Shown here piece by piece: positions 11,101 to 19,724 of a stretch of DNA of 64,000 nucleotides (the first letter of the stretch is position 1; every line of letters starts with the position of its first letter). The DNA comes from an uncultured Verrucomicrobiota bacterium. GTDB taxonomy: Bacteria; Verrucomicrobiota; Kiritimatiellia; RFP12; UBA1067. The notes below the pieces were generated by a model. The model saw only the letters and a list, made by a program, of their open reading frames with translations, had not been told where the DNA came from and ran no database searches. A program made the position numbers and the translations under genes. The stretch is from positions 5,360 through 69,359 of the forward strand of contig CAMNBZ010000008.1 of NCBI GenBank assembly GCA_946533675.1. The letters are read 5' to 3'.

Positions 11101-11336
11101 CCTTCGGGCAGAATTCGGGACGGCAGGTGCCGCTGGAGGTGGCGGTGTCCGAGGACGGCAAGAGCTGGACGAAGGTGTACGAGAACGCGTCGGTGGCAAA
11201 GACCTACCGCGTGGACCTGCGCGGCCAGGCCGCCGCGGCGCGCGTGCAGTACGTCCGCGTCTGCCGGACGAAGGGCGCGCGCAAGGACTTCTTCCACCTG
11301 AACAAGATTCTCGTCTACGGCAGGAAGCTCTACTGA
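8154..11336 (+). CDS. Secreted transglutaminase-fold (Cys-His-Asp) protein with a C-terminal F5/8 type C (discoidin) domain; function unknown
   Basis: Signal peptide MRMKFYRTAAVLAAALAACGPAGA. GVCGELSKF..(26 aa C to H)..GHCAYSRRLTDGRWEIDY resembles the transglutaminase core. The C-terminus (PWAEV..VSEDGKSW..VQYVRVCR..ILVYG) is discoidin-like. GGAGGG lies 7 nt before ATG 8154; ATG 8148 and 8160 are alternative starts. Confidence 0.8.
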   Translation: MRMKFYRTAAVLAAALAACGPAGAISVESEAMRAKKGVLILQCGSDWCVSGESVRGVFESTAFKKGKVAQKYALATYDEMDRPTEAAKKRNEDCRSLLIRTKRFPAITCYTPEMKVFAQIENVPYDVDAEKLSRAIARVTKRKDEAEALFKKAATLTGAEAADAYGQGFDILAAMMTSKNLTSFHFRELTTGPHGWRREWDALTRLDAGDRYGWLAHFRMDEYETVRLVEKVTNLKESSRSQAEALVKKYKAIPDAHFSPNQKQCVKVMEYALGANGTNGSLDTVGKRLMKEAYALGEDTFWGQFAKGRLMMDGEQLEAKRPPAAKVRPRPTTGSTGMPPTYMMDQVKTRLRSLKPGAPLTDAQKLDVARYAALRLIGPKGWTDLCARKGGTRFIKAFMDDRVWLEDFAYSGDFPQKSGGWNDASAGPGAGAGAALALESLVFQDGGRWTPFENGAFADNEGRRFMTALAINYPDRDEAWQADVLDAYRASALAERLHKSAYSQPVWLWRYATHTGHPSSGTPDMAAQHRHLERFVNLPEREYGGTCWMIVYRLKNCFGDSVHGPFYYKAWDRAGAWPKRRYSQIVGGVCGELSKFGSATSNAHGLPSTTVGQPGHCAYSRRLTDGRWEIDYSVTGHSQLHLCFWNHHAWQYVAALESTFNTDRETRLAAERQLTLAALSEDAGRDAKVVEKFYQSACVAHRGHYGAWKEYGAWLMRTSSPLDKVKVWVRGCARGLKAGRQPLWDILTPYFARVAREKGKAALRDELIEFAPLLKQGSDRLQEEADFSTVLKTWGEALGGDAEMRYDVLKAMMTAQAGTRNYFSQTMSWGSEFFSKTAQGVQTFTRCLGEALAAADAADAKGKKGKGGGASIDFGPLILGASRNGNREAFQQMAKLQAKLSPPGTRESGYGKSEFGGELLCTDGMLRTSSTCGHDHPQNYPFALDLPQTTSGAAFHTDSEESPWAEVTLAGPSTLTGLVIDNAFGQNSGRQVPLEVAVSEDGKSWTKVYENASVAKTYRVDLRGQAAAARVQYVRVCRTKGARKDFFHLNKILVYGRKLY

Positions 11337-11385
11337 GCGCACGCCGGACGGTACCCGTTCGGGCCTGTGCAGACGGCGCGGGATT

Positions 11386-11394
11386 TGATACAAT
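11386..11394 (+). promoter_or_regulatory. Extended -10 box TGATACAAT, 6 nt from the ATG (leaderless candidate)
   Basis: The -10 ends at 11394 and the ATG is at 11401. There is no room for an SD. Confidence 0.6.
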
Positions 11395-11400
11395 AGCCGC

Positions 11401-13644
11401 ATGAAACATCTGCTGCACCGCGGGGCCGCCGTCGCGCTGGCCGTCCTGTCCGTTCCGTGCGCCGTCGTCGCCGACGGCGGTTTCCGCGCGCCGCGCCTCG
11501 GCGTCGTGTGCGAGACGCCCGCGCAGGCGCGGCCGGGCGTCGCGAAGAGCCGCGCGTGGGAACAGTCGCTCCTCACCGGCAACGGCGCGATGGGCGCGCT
11601 GGTGCCGGGCGAGCTCGCGCACGAGGAAATCTTCCTTTCGCACGCGCGGCTGTTCCTCCCACGCGTCATGAACGGAAAGTATTTCGAACTCGGAAAATAC
11701 CGCGACAGGGCGCGCGCGCTCGCGCTCGCCGGGCGCGAAAGGGAAATCTGGGACGAAGTCATCCAGAAGGCGTCGGACGAAAGCGGCTATTCGTTCAGGC
11801 GCGATCCGTTCATGGGCGCCGTCAGCCTGATCATCGACACGCCGGACCTGCCGGCGTGGCGTGACGCGCAGGGCTACCGCCGCATGACGGACTTCGAGCG
11901 CGGCGAGTGTACGGTCAGGACGGACGACTACGAGCGGCGCCTCTTCGCCTCGCGCGTCGACGGCGTGATCGCGCTGCGTGTCAAGGATGCGCAGAAGCGG
12001 CCGTTCACCGCCCGGTTCGAGACGATCTCCAACGGCCGCCCGAGCGGCGATGCGGCCATCCAGCGCATCCGCGAGAAGGACGGCTACCTGTACTACCGCG
12101 TCGACTTCCGCAAGGAGAACGGGAAGAATCCGTTTCACGGCTACGAGGCGGTGGGTCTCCGGAAGGGCGACGAGGTGTTCGTCAAGATCTACCCGCTGCC
12201 GTTCGGCACCGACTCGCTGTTCGAGACGGCGAAGCGCGAACTGTCCGATGCGGCGAACATGGGCTATGCGCGGCTCCTCGAACGTCACGCGCCCGTCATG
12301 AAGGAACTGATGGGACGCGTCACGCTGGAGCTGCCCGACCGCGATCTCGTGCGCAAGTTCCACGCGGGACGCTACAACATCATTTCGTCGACCGGGCCGG
12401 GCGGCGTCCTGCCGAACTTGCAGGGACTGTGGGCGGGCAGCTGGTCCGCGCCGTACAACGGCAGCTACACCGTGGACGGCAACCTGCCGTGCGCGATCAG
12501 CTTCTGGACGCGCGGCAACACGCCGGAGTTCAACGAATCGCTTTACGCGTGGATCCGGCGCTACTACGACGACTTCCGGGAGGCGGCGCAGAAGGGGTAC
12601 AACGCGCGCGGCATCCATATTCCCGGACAGGTCACGACGACCGGGCTCGAAACCGCGTACTACCGCAACGTGGAGCTCATGTGGTGGCACGGCGGCGCGG
12701 GCTGGATGACGGGCTACCTCTGGCGCTGGTACGAGGCGACGCAGGACAGGGACGTGCTGGAGAAAGTCTATCCGCTGCTGAAGGACGCGGCGGACTACAT
12801 CTGCGACTGCCTGGAGGAGATGCCGGACGGCACGCTCGGCTTCGCGCCCGGGTATTCGCCGGAGAACGCGCCGCACGGCGACTTCCGTTCGCGGGGCGAC
12901 GTGATGGATCCCGATCTGCCGAAGGGCGGCTACTCGACCATGAACAATCCGACGATGGATATCTCCGTCGCCAAGCAGTCCATCGACTATGCGACGAAGG
13001 CCGCGCAGATTCTGAAGCGTGACGAGGGGAGTGTCCGCGAATGGGCGCAGAAGCGCGCGCGCCTGACGCCGTACAAGGTCTCGAAGGACGGCTTCTGGGC
13101 GGAGTGGCTCGTGCCGGATCCGCCGGACAACAACGCCCACCGCCACGTCTCGCACGTCTTCGCGCTCTATGACGAGGCACCGGCGGAGATTCTGACGAAC
13201 GCGGCGTTTGTCGCCGCGATCAAGAAGACGCTCGCGGCGCGCATGACGTTCCACGAGCGTGAGAAGCACATGGCGTTCGGCGTGACGCAGATCGGCTACG
13301 CGGCCGCGAAGGTCGGCGACGCGGCGGTGATGACGCGCGCGATCCGGCTCCTGCAGGAGACGTACTTCACCGACGCGCTCGGCACGCTGCACGATCCAGG
13401 CTGGCTCTTCAACATCGACATCTCCGGCGGCTTCCCCGGCATCATCGCCGACGCGCTCATCACGAAGGGACCGGACGGCGGCTTTCAGGTGCTGAACGCG
13501 AAACCCGCGTCCTGGACGAAGGGCCGCATCGCGGGGCTGCTGCTCCCGGGCGGCATCAAGGTCCAGAGTCTGTCCTGGCAGGGCGACAGCTACGAACTCG
13601 AACTTCTCCACCCCGACGGCCGCGTGACGGTCCAGCGTCGATAG
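11401..13644 (+). CDS. GH95-like glycoside hydrolase (alpha-L-fucosidase/galactosidase family)
   Basis: Signal peptide. LQGLWAGSWSAPYNGSYTVDGNLPCAISFW, NNAHRHVSHVFALYD and NIDISGGFPGIIADAL resemble GH95 conserved blocks. Size (747 aa) fits the family. Confidence 0.7.
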   Translation: MKHLLHRGAAVALAVLSVPCAVVADGGFRAPRLGVVCETPAQARPGVAKSRAWEQSLLTGNGAMGALVPGELAHEEIFLSHARLFLPRVMNGKYFELGKYRDRARALALAGREREIWDEVIQKASDESGYSFRRDPFMGAVSLIIDTPDLPAWRDAQGYRRMTDFERGECTVRTDDYERRLFASRVDGVIALRVKDAQKRPFTARFETISNGRPSGDAAIQRIREKDGYLYYRVDFRKENGKNPFHGYEAVGLRKGDEVFVKIYPLPFGTDSLFETAKRELSDAANMGYARLLERHAPVMKELMGRVTLELPDRDLVRKFHAGRYNIISSTGPGGVLPNLQGLWAGSWSAPYNGSYTVDGNLPCAISFWTRGNTPEFNESLYAWIRRYYDDFREAAQKGYNARGIHIPGQVTTTGLETAYYRNVELMWWHGGAGWMTGYLWRWYEATQDRDVLEKVYPLLKDAADYICDCLEEMPDGTLGFAPGYSPENAPHGDFRSRGDVMDPDLPKGGYSTMNNPTMDISVAKQSIDYATKAAQILKRDEGSVREWAQKRARLTPYKVSKDGFWAEWLVPDPPDNNAHRHVSHVFALYDEAPAEILTNAAFVAAIKKTLAARMTFHEREKHMAFGVTQIGYAAAKVGDAAVMTRAIRLLQETYFTDALGTLHDPGWLFNIDISGGFPGIIADALITKGPDGGFQVLNAKPASWTKGRIAGLLLPGGIKVQSLSWQGDSYELELLHPDGRVTVQRR

Positions 13645-13706
13645 CAGGGTCGGGCGCGTTGTGTATTGGTACCCGATTGGGTATTTTCAGTCCGGCTGAA
13701 ATTTAG

Positions 13707-13712
13707 TAAAAT
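13707..13712 (+). promoter_or_regulatory. -10 box TAAAAT, 6 nt from the ATG (leaderless candidate)
   Basis: TAGTAAAATAGCGGCATG; the ATG is at 13719. Confidence 0.5.
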
Positions 13713-13718
13713 AGCGGC

Positions 13719-16238
13719 ATGAAAATCAATTCTTCCTGCCTGTTTCTTTCCGCGCTGGCCGCCGTTTCTGTTTCCGTTGCCGTGTTGGCGGACGGCGGTC
13801 CCAATGCGTCTGCGGCCGTCGTCGGCGAACGTCTCGCCCTCGATGAATTCGCGGGCCGCGACACGCTCATGAACCGCGCGTGGCAGTTCCGGCTCGGCGA
13901 CGACGCGTCGTGGGCGGCGGTGGACTGCGACGACGCGCAGTGGCGGTGGCTCGACCTGCCGCATGACTTTCAGTTCGAGCTGCCGTGGGACAAGGGCGCG
14001 CGGCCGGCGCACGGCTACAAGCCGCTGAAGACCGCGTGGTACCGCCGCCACTTCACGGCCGATCCCGCCTGGCGCGGCAAGCGCGTCTTCGCGGAGTTCG
14101 AGGGCATCATGGCCGTGGGCGACGTCTTTCTGAACGGCGAGAAGATCGCCTCCACCGAGTACGGCTATCTCGGCTGCTGGGCGGAGCTCACCGCGCGGCT
14201 GAATTGGGACGGCGACAACGTGCTGGCCGTGCGCGCCGACTGCGGACGGCCGGGCGGCTCGCGCTGGTACACGGGCGGCGGCCTCGTGCGCGACGTGCAT
14301 CTCGTCGTGAAGAGCGCGGTGGCGGTCGCGCGCAACGGCTTCTCCATTACATCCGGCGTGACGGACGGCGCGGCGTTCGCGGACGTGACCGTGCAGCTCG
14401 ACGGCTATAGGGGCCAGGGCGGCCGGAATACGCTTGAAATTATACTTGAAATCTTCGATCCGGACGGCCAGCGCGTTGCGCGCGAAAGCGCCGTCGCGCC
14501 GTGGAGCAAGAAGGCGCATCAGGAGGTAGCGCTGCCGCGCGCGGCGATTCCCGCGCCGCAGCTCTGGGACATCGACGCGCCGAACCTCTACACCGCGACG
14601 GCGACGCTGAAGCTGAACGGCACGGTCGTGGACCGCGCGAAAGAGCGCTTCGGCATTCGCACCCTCGCATTCGACAGGGAATTCGGCTTCAAGCTGAACG
14701 GCCGCAAGGTGTTCCTCGCGGGAATGGCGAACCACGCGGACCTCGGCGCGCTCGGCGCGGCGGTGTTCGACCGAGCCATCGCGCGCCAGCTGCGCACGAT
14801 GAAGGCGTTCGGCTACAACGCCGTCCGCTGCTCGCACAATCCGTATTCGAAGAGCTTTCTGCGCCTCGCCGACGAAATCGGGCTGCTCGTCGTCGACGAG
14901 CTGATCGACAAGTGGACGACCGGCACGCATTACTGGAACGGACGCCGGCCGTTCATGGAGATCTGGCCGCAGCTGATCACGGAATGGGTGAAGCGCGACC
15001 GCAACCATCCGTCCGTCATCGCGTGGTCGCTCGGCAACGAGACGCAGATGCGCGAGGATCTCTGCGGCTTCGACACGGACGACTGGGGCGTCACCTCGTA
15101 CCGCATCTTCGACGCGCTCGTGAAGCGCTGGGACGCGACGCGCCCGACGACCGTCGCGATGTTCCCCGCGCGCGAAGGAGCGGTCACGCGCAAGGACCGC
15201 GGCTTCAACGACGACCCGAAGCCGCCGGAGCTGTCGCGCGTCACGGAGTTCGCGAGCTTCAACTACTGCTACGAGGACTATCCGTCCTACACGCGCCACG
15301 CGCCGGAGCTGAACATCTTCCAGTCCGAGGCGAGCGTCCACGCGCTCCAGCGCCCGTACGTCGCGATGGACCGCGCGCATGCCATCGGACTTTGCTGGTG
15401 GGGCGCGATCGCATACTGGGGCGAGTCGGACGGCTGGCCGAAGAAGGGGTGGTCGTATTCGTTCTTCGACCGGACGCTCGCGCCGTTCCCGACGGCCTAC
15501 CTCATCAAGTCGTTCCTCGTCTCCGAACCGATGGCGGAGATCGCCGTCGTCGAGCCCGCGAAGGGCGGCGAGGAAGTCGTCTGGAACGACATCAAGGTCG
15601 GGCGCATGAACGCGGTGAGCGACTGGACGTTCGACGAAGGGACGGTGCTGCCGGTCGTCTATGTCTATACGAACGCGGAGGAGGCGGAGCTGTTCGTGAA
15701 CGGTCGGTCGCGCGGCGTGAAGCGGAACAACGAGACCGATCCCAGGACGGCGCACGCGCTCCGATGGACGGATGTCGCGTACGAGCCCGGCCGGATCGAG
15801 GCCGTCGCGCGCACCGGCGGACGGGAGGTCGCGCGCCGCACGATCGAGACGGCGGGGGCGGCCGTGCGGCTCGCGCTGGCGGCGGAGAACGCGGACGACT
15901 GGACGGGCGACGGGCAGGATCTTCTCTACGTGCGCGTGACGGCGGTCGACGCGGCGGGGCGGCGCGTGCGCGCGGCGAACGCGGATGTCACGTTCGAGGT
16001 GTCCGGCGCGGCGACGCTGCTCGCGGTCGACGACGGCGACGAGCGCACGCATCTCCTCTTCCGCAACGTGAACGAAAAGCCGCTCCGCGACGGCTCGCTG
16101 CTCGTCATCCTGCGCGCGAAGACGCAGCCCGGCGCGGTGACGCTCACGGCGACCGCCGCCGCGTTCGCGCCGCAGACGGCGACCTTCACGACGAAAGAAC
16201 CGTCCGCCGCGCGTCAAACGCGCGGCCGCAGCCCTTGA
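13719..16238 (+). CDS. GH2 family glycoside hydrolase (beta-galactosidase/beta-glucuronidase-like)
   Basis: Signal peptide. N-terminal sugar-binding block (WRWLDLPHDF), NAVRCSHNPY, and the acid/base motif WSLGNETQ. Confidence 0.88.
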   Translation: MKINSSCLFLSALAAVSVSVAVLADGGPNASAAVVGERLALDEFAGRDTLMNRAWQFRLGDDASWAAVDCDDAQWRWLDLPHDFQFELPWDKGARPAHGYKPLKTAWYRRHFTADPAWRGKRVFAEFEGIMAVGDVFLNGEKIASTEYGYLGCWAELTARLNWDGDNVLAVRADCGRPGGSRWYTGGGLVRDVHLVVKSAVAVARNGFSITSGVTDGAAFADVTVQLDGYRGQGGRNTLEIILEIFDPDGQRVARESAVAPWSKKAHQEVALPRAAIPAPQLWDIDAPNLYTATATLKLNGTVVDRAKERFGIRTLAFDREFGFKLNGRKVFLAGMANHADLGALGAAVFDRAIARQLRTMKAFGYNAVRCSHNPYSKSFLRLADEIGLLVVDELIDKWTTGTHYWNGRRPFMEIWPQLITEWVKRDRNHPSVIAWSLGNETQMREDLCGFDTDDWGVTSYRIFDALVKRWDATRPTTVAMFPAREGAVTRKDRGFNDDPKPPELSRVTEFASFNYCYEDYPSYTRHAPELNIFQSEASVHALQRPYVAMDRAHAIGLCWWGAIAYWGESDGWPKKGWSYSFFDRTLAPFPTAYLIKSFLVSEPMAEIAVVEPAKGGEEVVWNDIKVGRMNAVSDWTFDEGTVLPVVYVYTNAEEAELFVNGRSRGVKRNNETDPRTAHALRWTDVAYEPGRIEAVARTGGREVARRTIETAGAAVRLALAAENADDWTGDGQDLLYVRVTAVDAAGRRVRAANADVTFEVSGAATLLAVDDGDERTHLLFRNVNEKPLRDGSLLVILRAKTQPGAVTLTATAAAFAPQTATFTTKEPSAARQTRGRSP

Positions 16239-16265
16239 CTTGGAGTGGGCTCCAAGTGGTATAAT
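16235..16265 (+). promoter_or_regulatory. Sigma70-type promoter: TTGACT, 19-nt spacer, TGGTATAAT
   Basis: -35 at 16235-16240, extended -10 at 16257-16265. A ~30-nt leader carries GAAAGGAAAA before ATG 16301. Confidence 0.55.
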
Positions 16266-16300
16266 ACACGATCACTGATTCAGACGAAAGGAAAACAGAA

Positions 16301-16897
16301 ATGAACAAACTGCTCCAAGGAGGATTGATCATGCTCGGACTCATGGCAGGCTGCTCGCCGGAAGCGGCGACGGCGGCGGAACCGGTCGCGGTGGCGAAGG
16401 GGAAGGTCGCGGTCGTCTATTTCTCGTGGAGCCCGGACGGCAACACGCGTTTCGCCGCCGAGACGATCGCGAAGAAGGCCGGAGCCGCGCTCTTCGAGAT
16501 CAAGGCCGAGAAGCCCTACGCGAGCGATTTCCGCGCGTGCTGCGACGAGGCGAAGCCGGAATGCAACGGCAAGACGCTCCGTCCGATCCAGCCCGTCGCG
16601 GGGCTCGACCTCGCGCAGTACGACGTCGTCTTCGTCGGCACGCCCAACTGGTGGGGCACGATGGCGCCGCCCGTGCGCACGTGGCTGACGCAGAATCTCG
16701 CCGCGCTCAAGGGCAAGACCGTCTGCCTCTTCCAGACGCACGGCGGCGGCGGGATGCAGCGCGTGGGCAGGGAGTTCGCGGAGGTCGTGGGCGACGCGGC
16801 GACGGTGCTGCCGCCCAAGGCATTCGCCGGTGCGTCGGTCAAGTCGAACGTCGAGGCGCTGGACGCGTTTGTCGCGGCGCGCATCGCCGTCCGCTAA
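16301..16897 (+). CDS. Flavodoxin-like fold lipoprotein
   Basis: Lipobox LMAGC. VVYFSWSPDGNTRFAAETIAKK and VFVGTPNWWGTMAPPV are typical of the short flavodoxin-like family. Confidence 0.8.
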   Translation: MNKLLQGGLIMLGLMAGCSPEAATAAEPVAVAKGKVAVVYFSWSPDGNTRFAAETIAKKAGAALFEIKAEKPYASDFRACCDEAKPECNGKTLRPIQPVAGLDLAQYDVVFVGTPNWWGTMAPPVRTWLTQNLAALKGKTVCLFQTHGGGGMQRVGREFAEVVGDAATVLPPKAFAGASVKSNVEALDAFVAARIAVR

Positions 16898-16928
16898 TCC
16901 GCAGGGCACAGCCTGCGTCAGGGAAGGC

Positions 16929-16969
16929 GCGGGGGCAGACCGCTTGCAGGGCCTGCCCCCGCGTTTTTT
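16929..16969 (+). terminator. Rho-independent terminator
   Basis: GCGGGGGCAG (16929-38) pairs with CTGCCCCCGC (16953-62) and is followed by GTTTTTT. Confidence 0.8.
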
Positions 16970-17069
16970 GGAAATGCGGCCGGTTGCCGACATTCCTGCT
17001 GCCGATGGACAAGCGGCGGAGGCTCCCGGGGAGATAAACTTTCGGGTGATTGTCCTTCCGGACGATTTG

Positions 17070-17078
17070 TGCGATAAT
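17070..17078 (+). promoter_or_regulatory. Extended -10 box TGCGATAAT, 7 nt from ATG 17086
   Basis: Leaderless candidate. ATG 17110 is preceded by AAGGAGA and is an alternative start. Confidence 0.5.
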
Positions 17079-17085
17079 CGTACGC

Positions 17086-19707
17086 ATGAACACAGGAAAG
17101 GAGAATTTGATGATGTTGGACGTGAAAGAGACGGTGCGGGCGGGGGCCGCCATCTCGGCTGCGTTGACGGCGCTCGTCGCGGCCGCCGGGCCGGCGAACG
17201 CGCCATGGCAGGACGAGACGGTGTCGTCGATCAACCGACTTCCGGCGCGGAGCGTCGTCGCGCCGCGGTCGCCGGAAGGACGCAGCTCTGTTCTGTCGCT
17301 CGACGGCGCATGGGACTTCGTGTGGACGAACGGAGACGAGCGGCGCGCCGGGACGATCACCGTGCCCGGCTGCTGGCAGCTCCAGGGCGATTACGATCCG
17401 CCGCAGTACACGAACATGACGTATCCGTTCGCGTTCGATCCGCCGAACGTGGAAAGCGAGCCGCCTGCCTGGTGGACGGCGCGGCGCTTCCGCAATCCGC
17501 ACGGCTTCTACCGGCGTTCGTTCCGCGTGCCGGCCGACTGGCGCGGACGCGACGTGACGCTCCGGCTGAACGGCTATTCGAGCGCGGTGTTCGTGCGGCT
17601 GAACGGACGCGACGTGGGCTATGGCGAGGACGGGCGGCTGCCGAGCGAATGGGACCTGACGCCGTACCTCGCCGACGGCGAGAACGCGCTTGAGATCGAG
17701 GTGCTCAAGTTCTCCGACGGCTCCTATCTGGAAGACCAGGACTTCTGGCGGCTGAGCGGACTGTTCCGGTCCGTCGAGCTCGTCGGCGAAGCGAAGGGCG
17801 GTCTGCGCGATTTTTCCGTGTCGACCGAGCTTTCCGACGATTATTCGCGCGCCGAGGTTTCGCTCGCGGTGACGGGCGGCGCCGACTGCGCATGGGAGAT
17901 TTTCGATCCTGACGGTCGGTCTGTCGGCGCGGCGAAGGGCGGAGAGAAGATCACCGTCGCGCAGCCGCGTCTCTGGAAGGGCGGCGAAGGAATTCTCTAC
18001 ACGGCCGTTGTCAAGGCGAACGGAGATGTGTTCGCGCGCCGCTTCGGGATGCGCCGGGTGTCGATCGAGGACGGCGTGCTCAAGGTCAACGGCGCGCGCA
18101 TCGTGATCCACGGCGTGGATCGCCACGAGACGAGTCCGACCGGCGGCTACGCGATGACGCGGGCAGAGATGGAGCGCGACATCGCCGTCATGAAGGAATA
18201 CGGCATCAACGCCGTTCGGACCAGCCACTATCCGAACAGCGCGTACTGGTACGATCTGTGCGACGAAAACGGCATCTTCGTCGTGGCGGAGGCGAACGTC
18301 GAGTGCCACGGCAGCGGCCATCCGTACGGCACGGAGACGATGTCGCACCGGCCGAGCTGGCGCGATGCGATCGTGGAGCGCAACCTCCGGCAGGTCGCCG
18401 TGCTCAAAGACCACCCGTCGATCATCGTGTGGAGCCTCGGCAATGAAAACGGGAAAGGGCCGAACATGCTGGACGCCTACCGGGCGGTCAAGGCGGCGGA
18501 TCCGACGCGGCCGGTGCAGTACGAAGGCGTGCTGAATCCGTACGGCGAGCAGAAGTTCGATGTCGAGGGGACGGACATCATCTGTCCGATGTACGAACAT
18601 CCCGATTCGATCAGGAGGGCGCTGGCGAAGTTCAAGTCGCGTCCGTTCATCCTGTGCGAGTTCTGTCATTCGATGGGCAACGCGGACGGAAACTTCGGCG
18701 AGTACATGGCGCTCATCGACGCGTTTCCGAATTTCCAGGGCGGCTTCATCTGGGACTTCGCGGACCAGGGGCTGGCGGGACGCGACGGGAAGCTCAAATA
18801 CGGGGGTGACTTCGGCGACCAGCCGAATGACGGGGCGTTCTGCTGCAACGGCGTTTTCGACGCTTTCCGGCGTCCGCACCCCGGCGCGTTCGAGGTCGCG
18901 TGGTGGTATCGCGGCAGAGCGCACGGCGCCACGGCGGAAAAGCTGCGTGCCGCCGCGCGTGCCGCCGGTCGCGGCGGATGTGCCGCGCCCGCGTGTCCGG
19001 GCGAAGACGTGCTGGCGTCCCTGCGTCTGAACTTCTGGCGCGCGCCGACGGCGAGCGACAACGGCTGGAACATGACGCGCGTCTGTGCGCCCTGGCGGCA
19101 GGCGACCGAGTCGCAGACGCTTCCCGAAGGATGCGTGACAAATCTTTCGGTCACCGCAACGGACGGTGGCGCGTATGACGTCGTCTTCGAGCTGTCCGTG
19201 CCCGAGGACGCGGCCTTTCTGCCGCGCGTCGGCCTGACGTTCCGCGTCCGGCGCAACGGCGACGACACGGTGTCGTGGCACGGGCGCGGACCGTGGGAGA
19301 ACTATCCCGACCGCAAGGATTCCGCGGAAGTCGGCGACTGGACGCTGCGTCTCGCGGAGCTGAACGACAGCCGCTATATCCGTCCGAGCGAGATGGGTTA
19401 CAGGACAGACGTCACGCGCCTTCGTGTCGCCGGTTTTGAATTCGCCGGAGACGGCTTCGGCTTCAACGTCTGGCCGTGGACGCAGGAAGCAATCGAAAAG
19501 GCGAAACATGCGGAGGAGCTGGCGGAAGATCCCGCGTGGCTGACCGTCAATATCGACTGCGCGATGATGGGCGTGGGCGGAGACGACGCGTGGGGCGCGC
19601 GTCCGCACGCGGCCTATCTGCTCAAAGGCGCGAAAACATACGTGCTGAAGTTTACGATTCTCCCATGCGGTACAACCTGTCGCCGGGGCTGGACAGATTC
19701 AAACTGA
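17086..19707 (+). CDS. GH2 beta-galactosidase, LacZ-like but compact (domain 4 apparently missing)
   Basis: WSLGNENGKGPN, ILCEFCHSMGNADGNF (compare E. coli ILCEYAHAMGNSLGGF), FIWDFADQG, and C-terminal NYPDR..NIDCAMMGVGGDDAWG. Start uncertain among 17050, 17086 and 17110. Confidence 0.88.
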   Translation: MNTGKENLMMLDVKETVRAGAAISAALTALVAAAGPANAPWQDETVSSINRLPARSVVAPRSPEGRSSVLSLDGAWDFVWTNGDERRAGTITVPGCWQLQGDYDPPQYTNMTYPFAFDPPNVESEPPAWWTARRFRNPHGFYRRSFRVPADWRGRDVTLRLNGYSSAVFVRLNGRDVGYGEDGRLPSEWDLTPYLADGENALEIEVLKFSDGSYLEDQDFWRLSGLFRSVELVGEAKGGLRDFSVSTELSDDYSRAEVSLAVTGGADCAWEIFDPDGRSVGAAKGGEKITVAQPRLWKGGEGILYTAVVKANGDVFARRFGMRRVSIEDGVLKVNGARIVIHGVDRHETSPTGGYAMTRAEMERDIAVMKEYGINAVRTSHYPNSAYWYDLCDENGIFVVAEANVECHGSGHPYGTETMSHRPSWRDAIVERNLRQVAVLKDHPSIIVWSLGNENGKGPNMLDAYRAVKAADPTRPVQYEGVLNPYGEQKFDVEGTDIICPMYEHPDSIRRALAKFKSRPFILCEFCHSMGNADGNFGEYMALIDAFPNFQGGFIWDFADQGLAGRDGKLKYGGDFGDQPNDGAFCCNGVFDAFRRPHPGAFEVAWWYRGRAHGATAEKLRAAARAAGRGGCAAPACPGEDVLASLRLNFWRAPTASDNGWNMTRVCAPWRQATESQTLPEGCVTNLSVTATDGGAYDVVFELSVPEDAAFLPRVGLTFRVRRNGDDTVSWHGRGPWENYPDRKDSAEVGDWTLRLAELNDSRYIRPSEMGYRTDVTRLRVAGFEFAGDGFGFNVWPWTQEAIEKAKHAEELAEDPAWLTVNIDCAMMGVGGDDAWGARPHAAYLLKGAKTYVLKFTILPCGTTCRRGWTDSN

Positions 19708-19724
19708 CGCGCATAATTGAGATT

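Noticed and set aside
8130-11762. Long minus-strand ORFs opposite the glycosidase genes (8130-11762, 11089-13611, 13590-16217, 16918-19608, 21234-23420, 23622-26684, 53947-56100 and others)
   Set aside because: They show the same shadow-ORF signature: no starts with promoters or SD, low-complexity R/A/P/H composition, and full overlap with plus-strand genes that carry clear family motifs.
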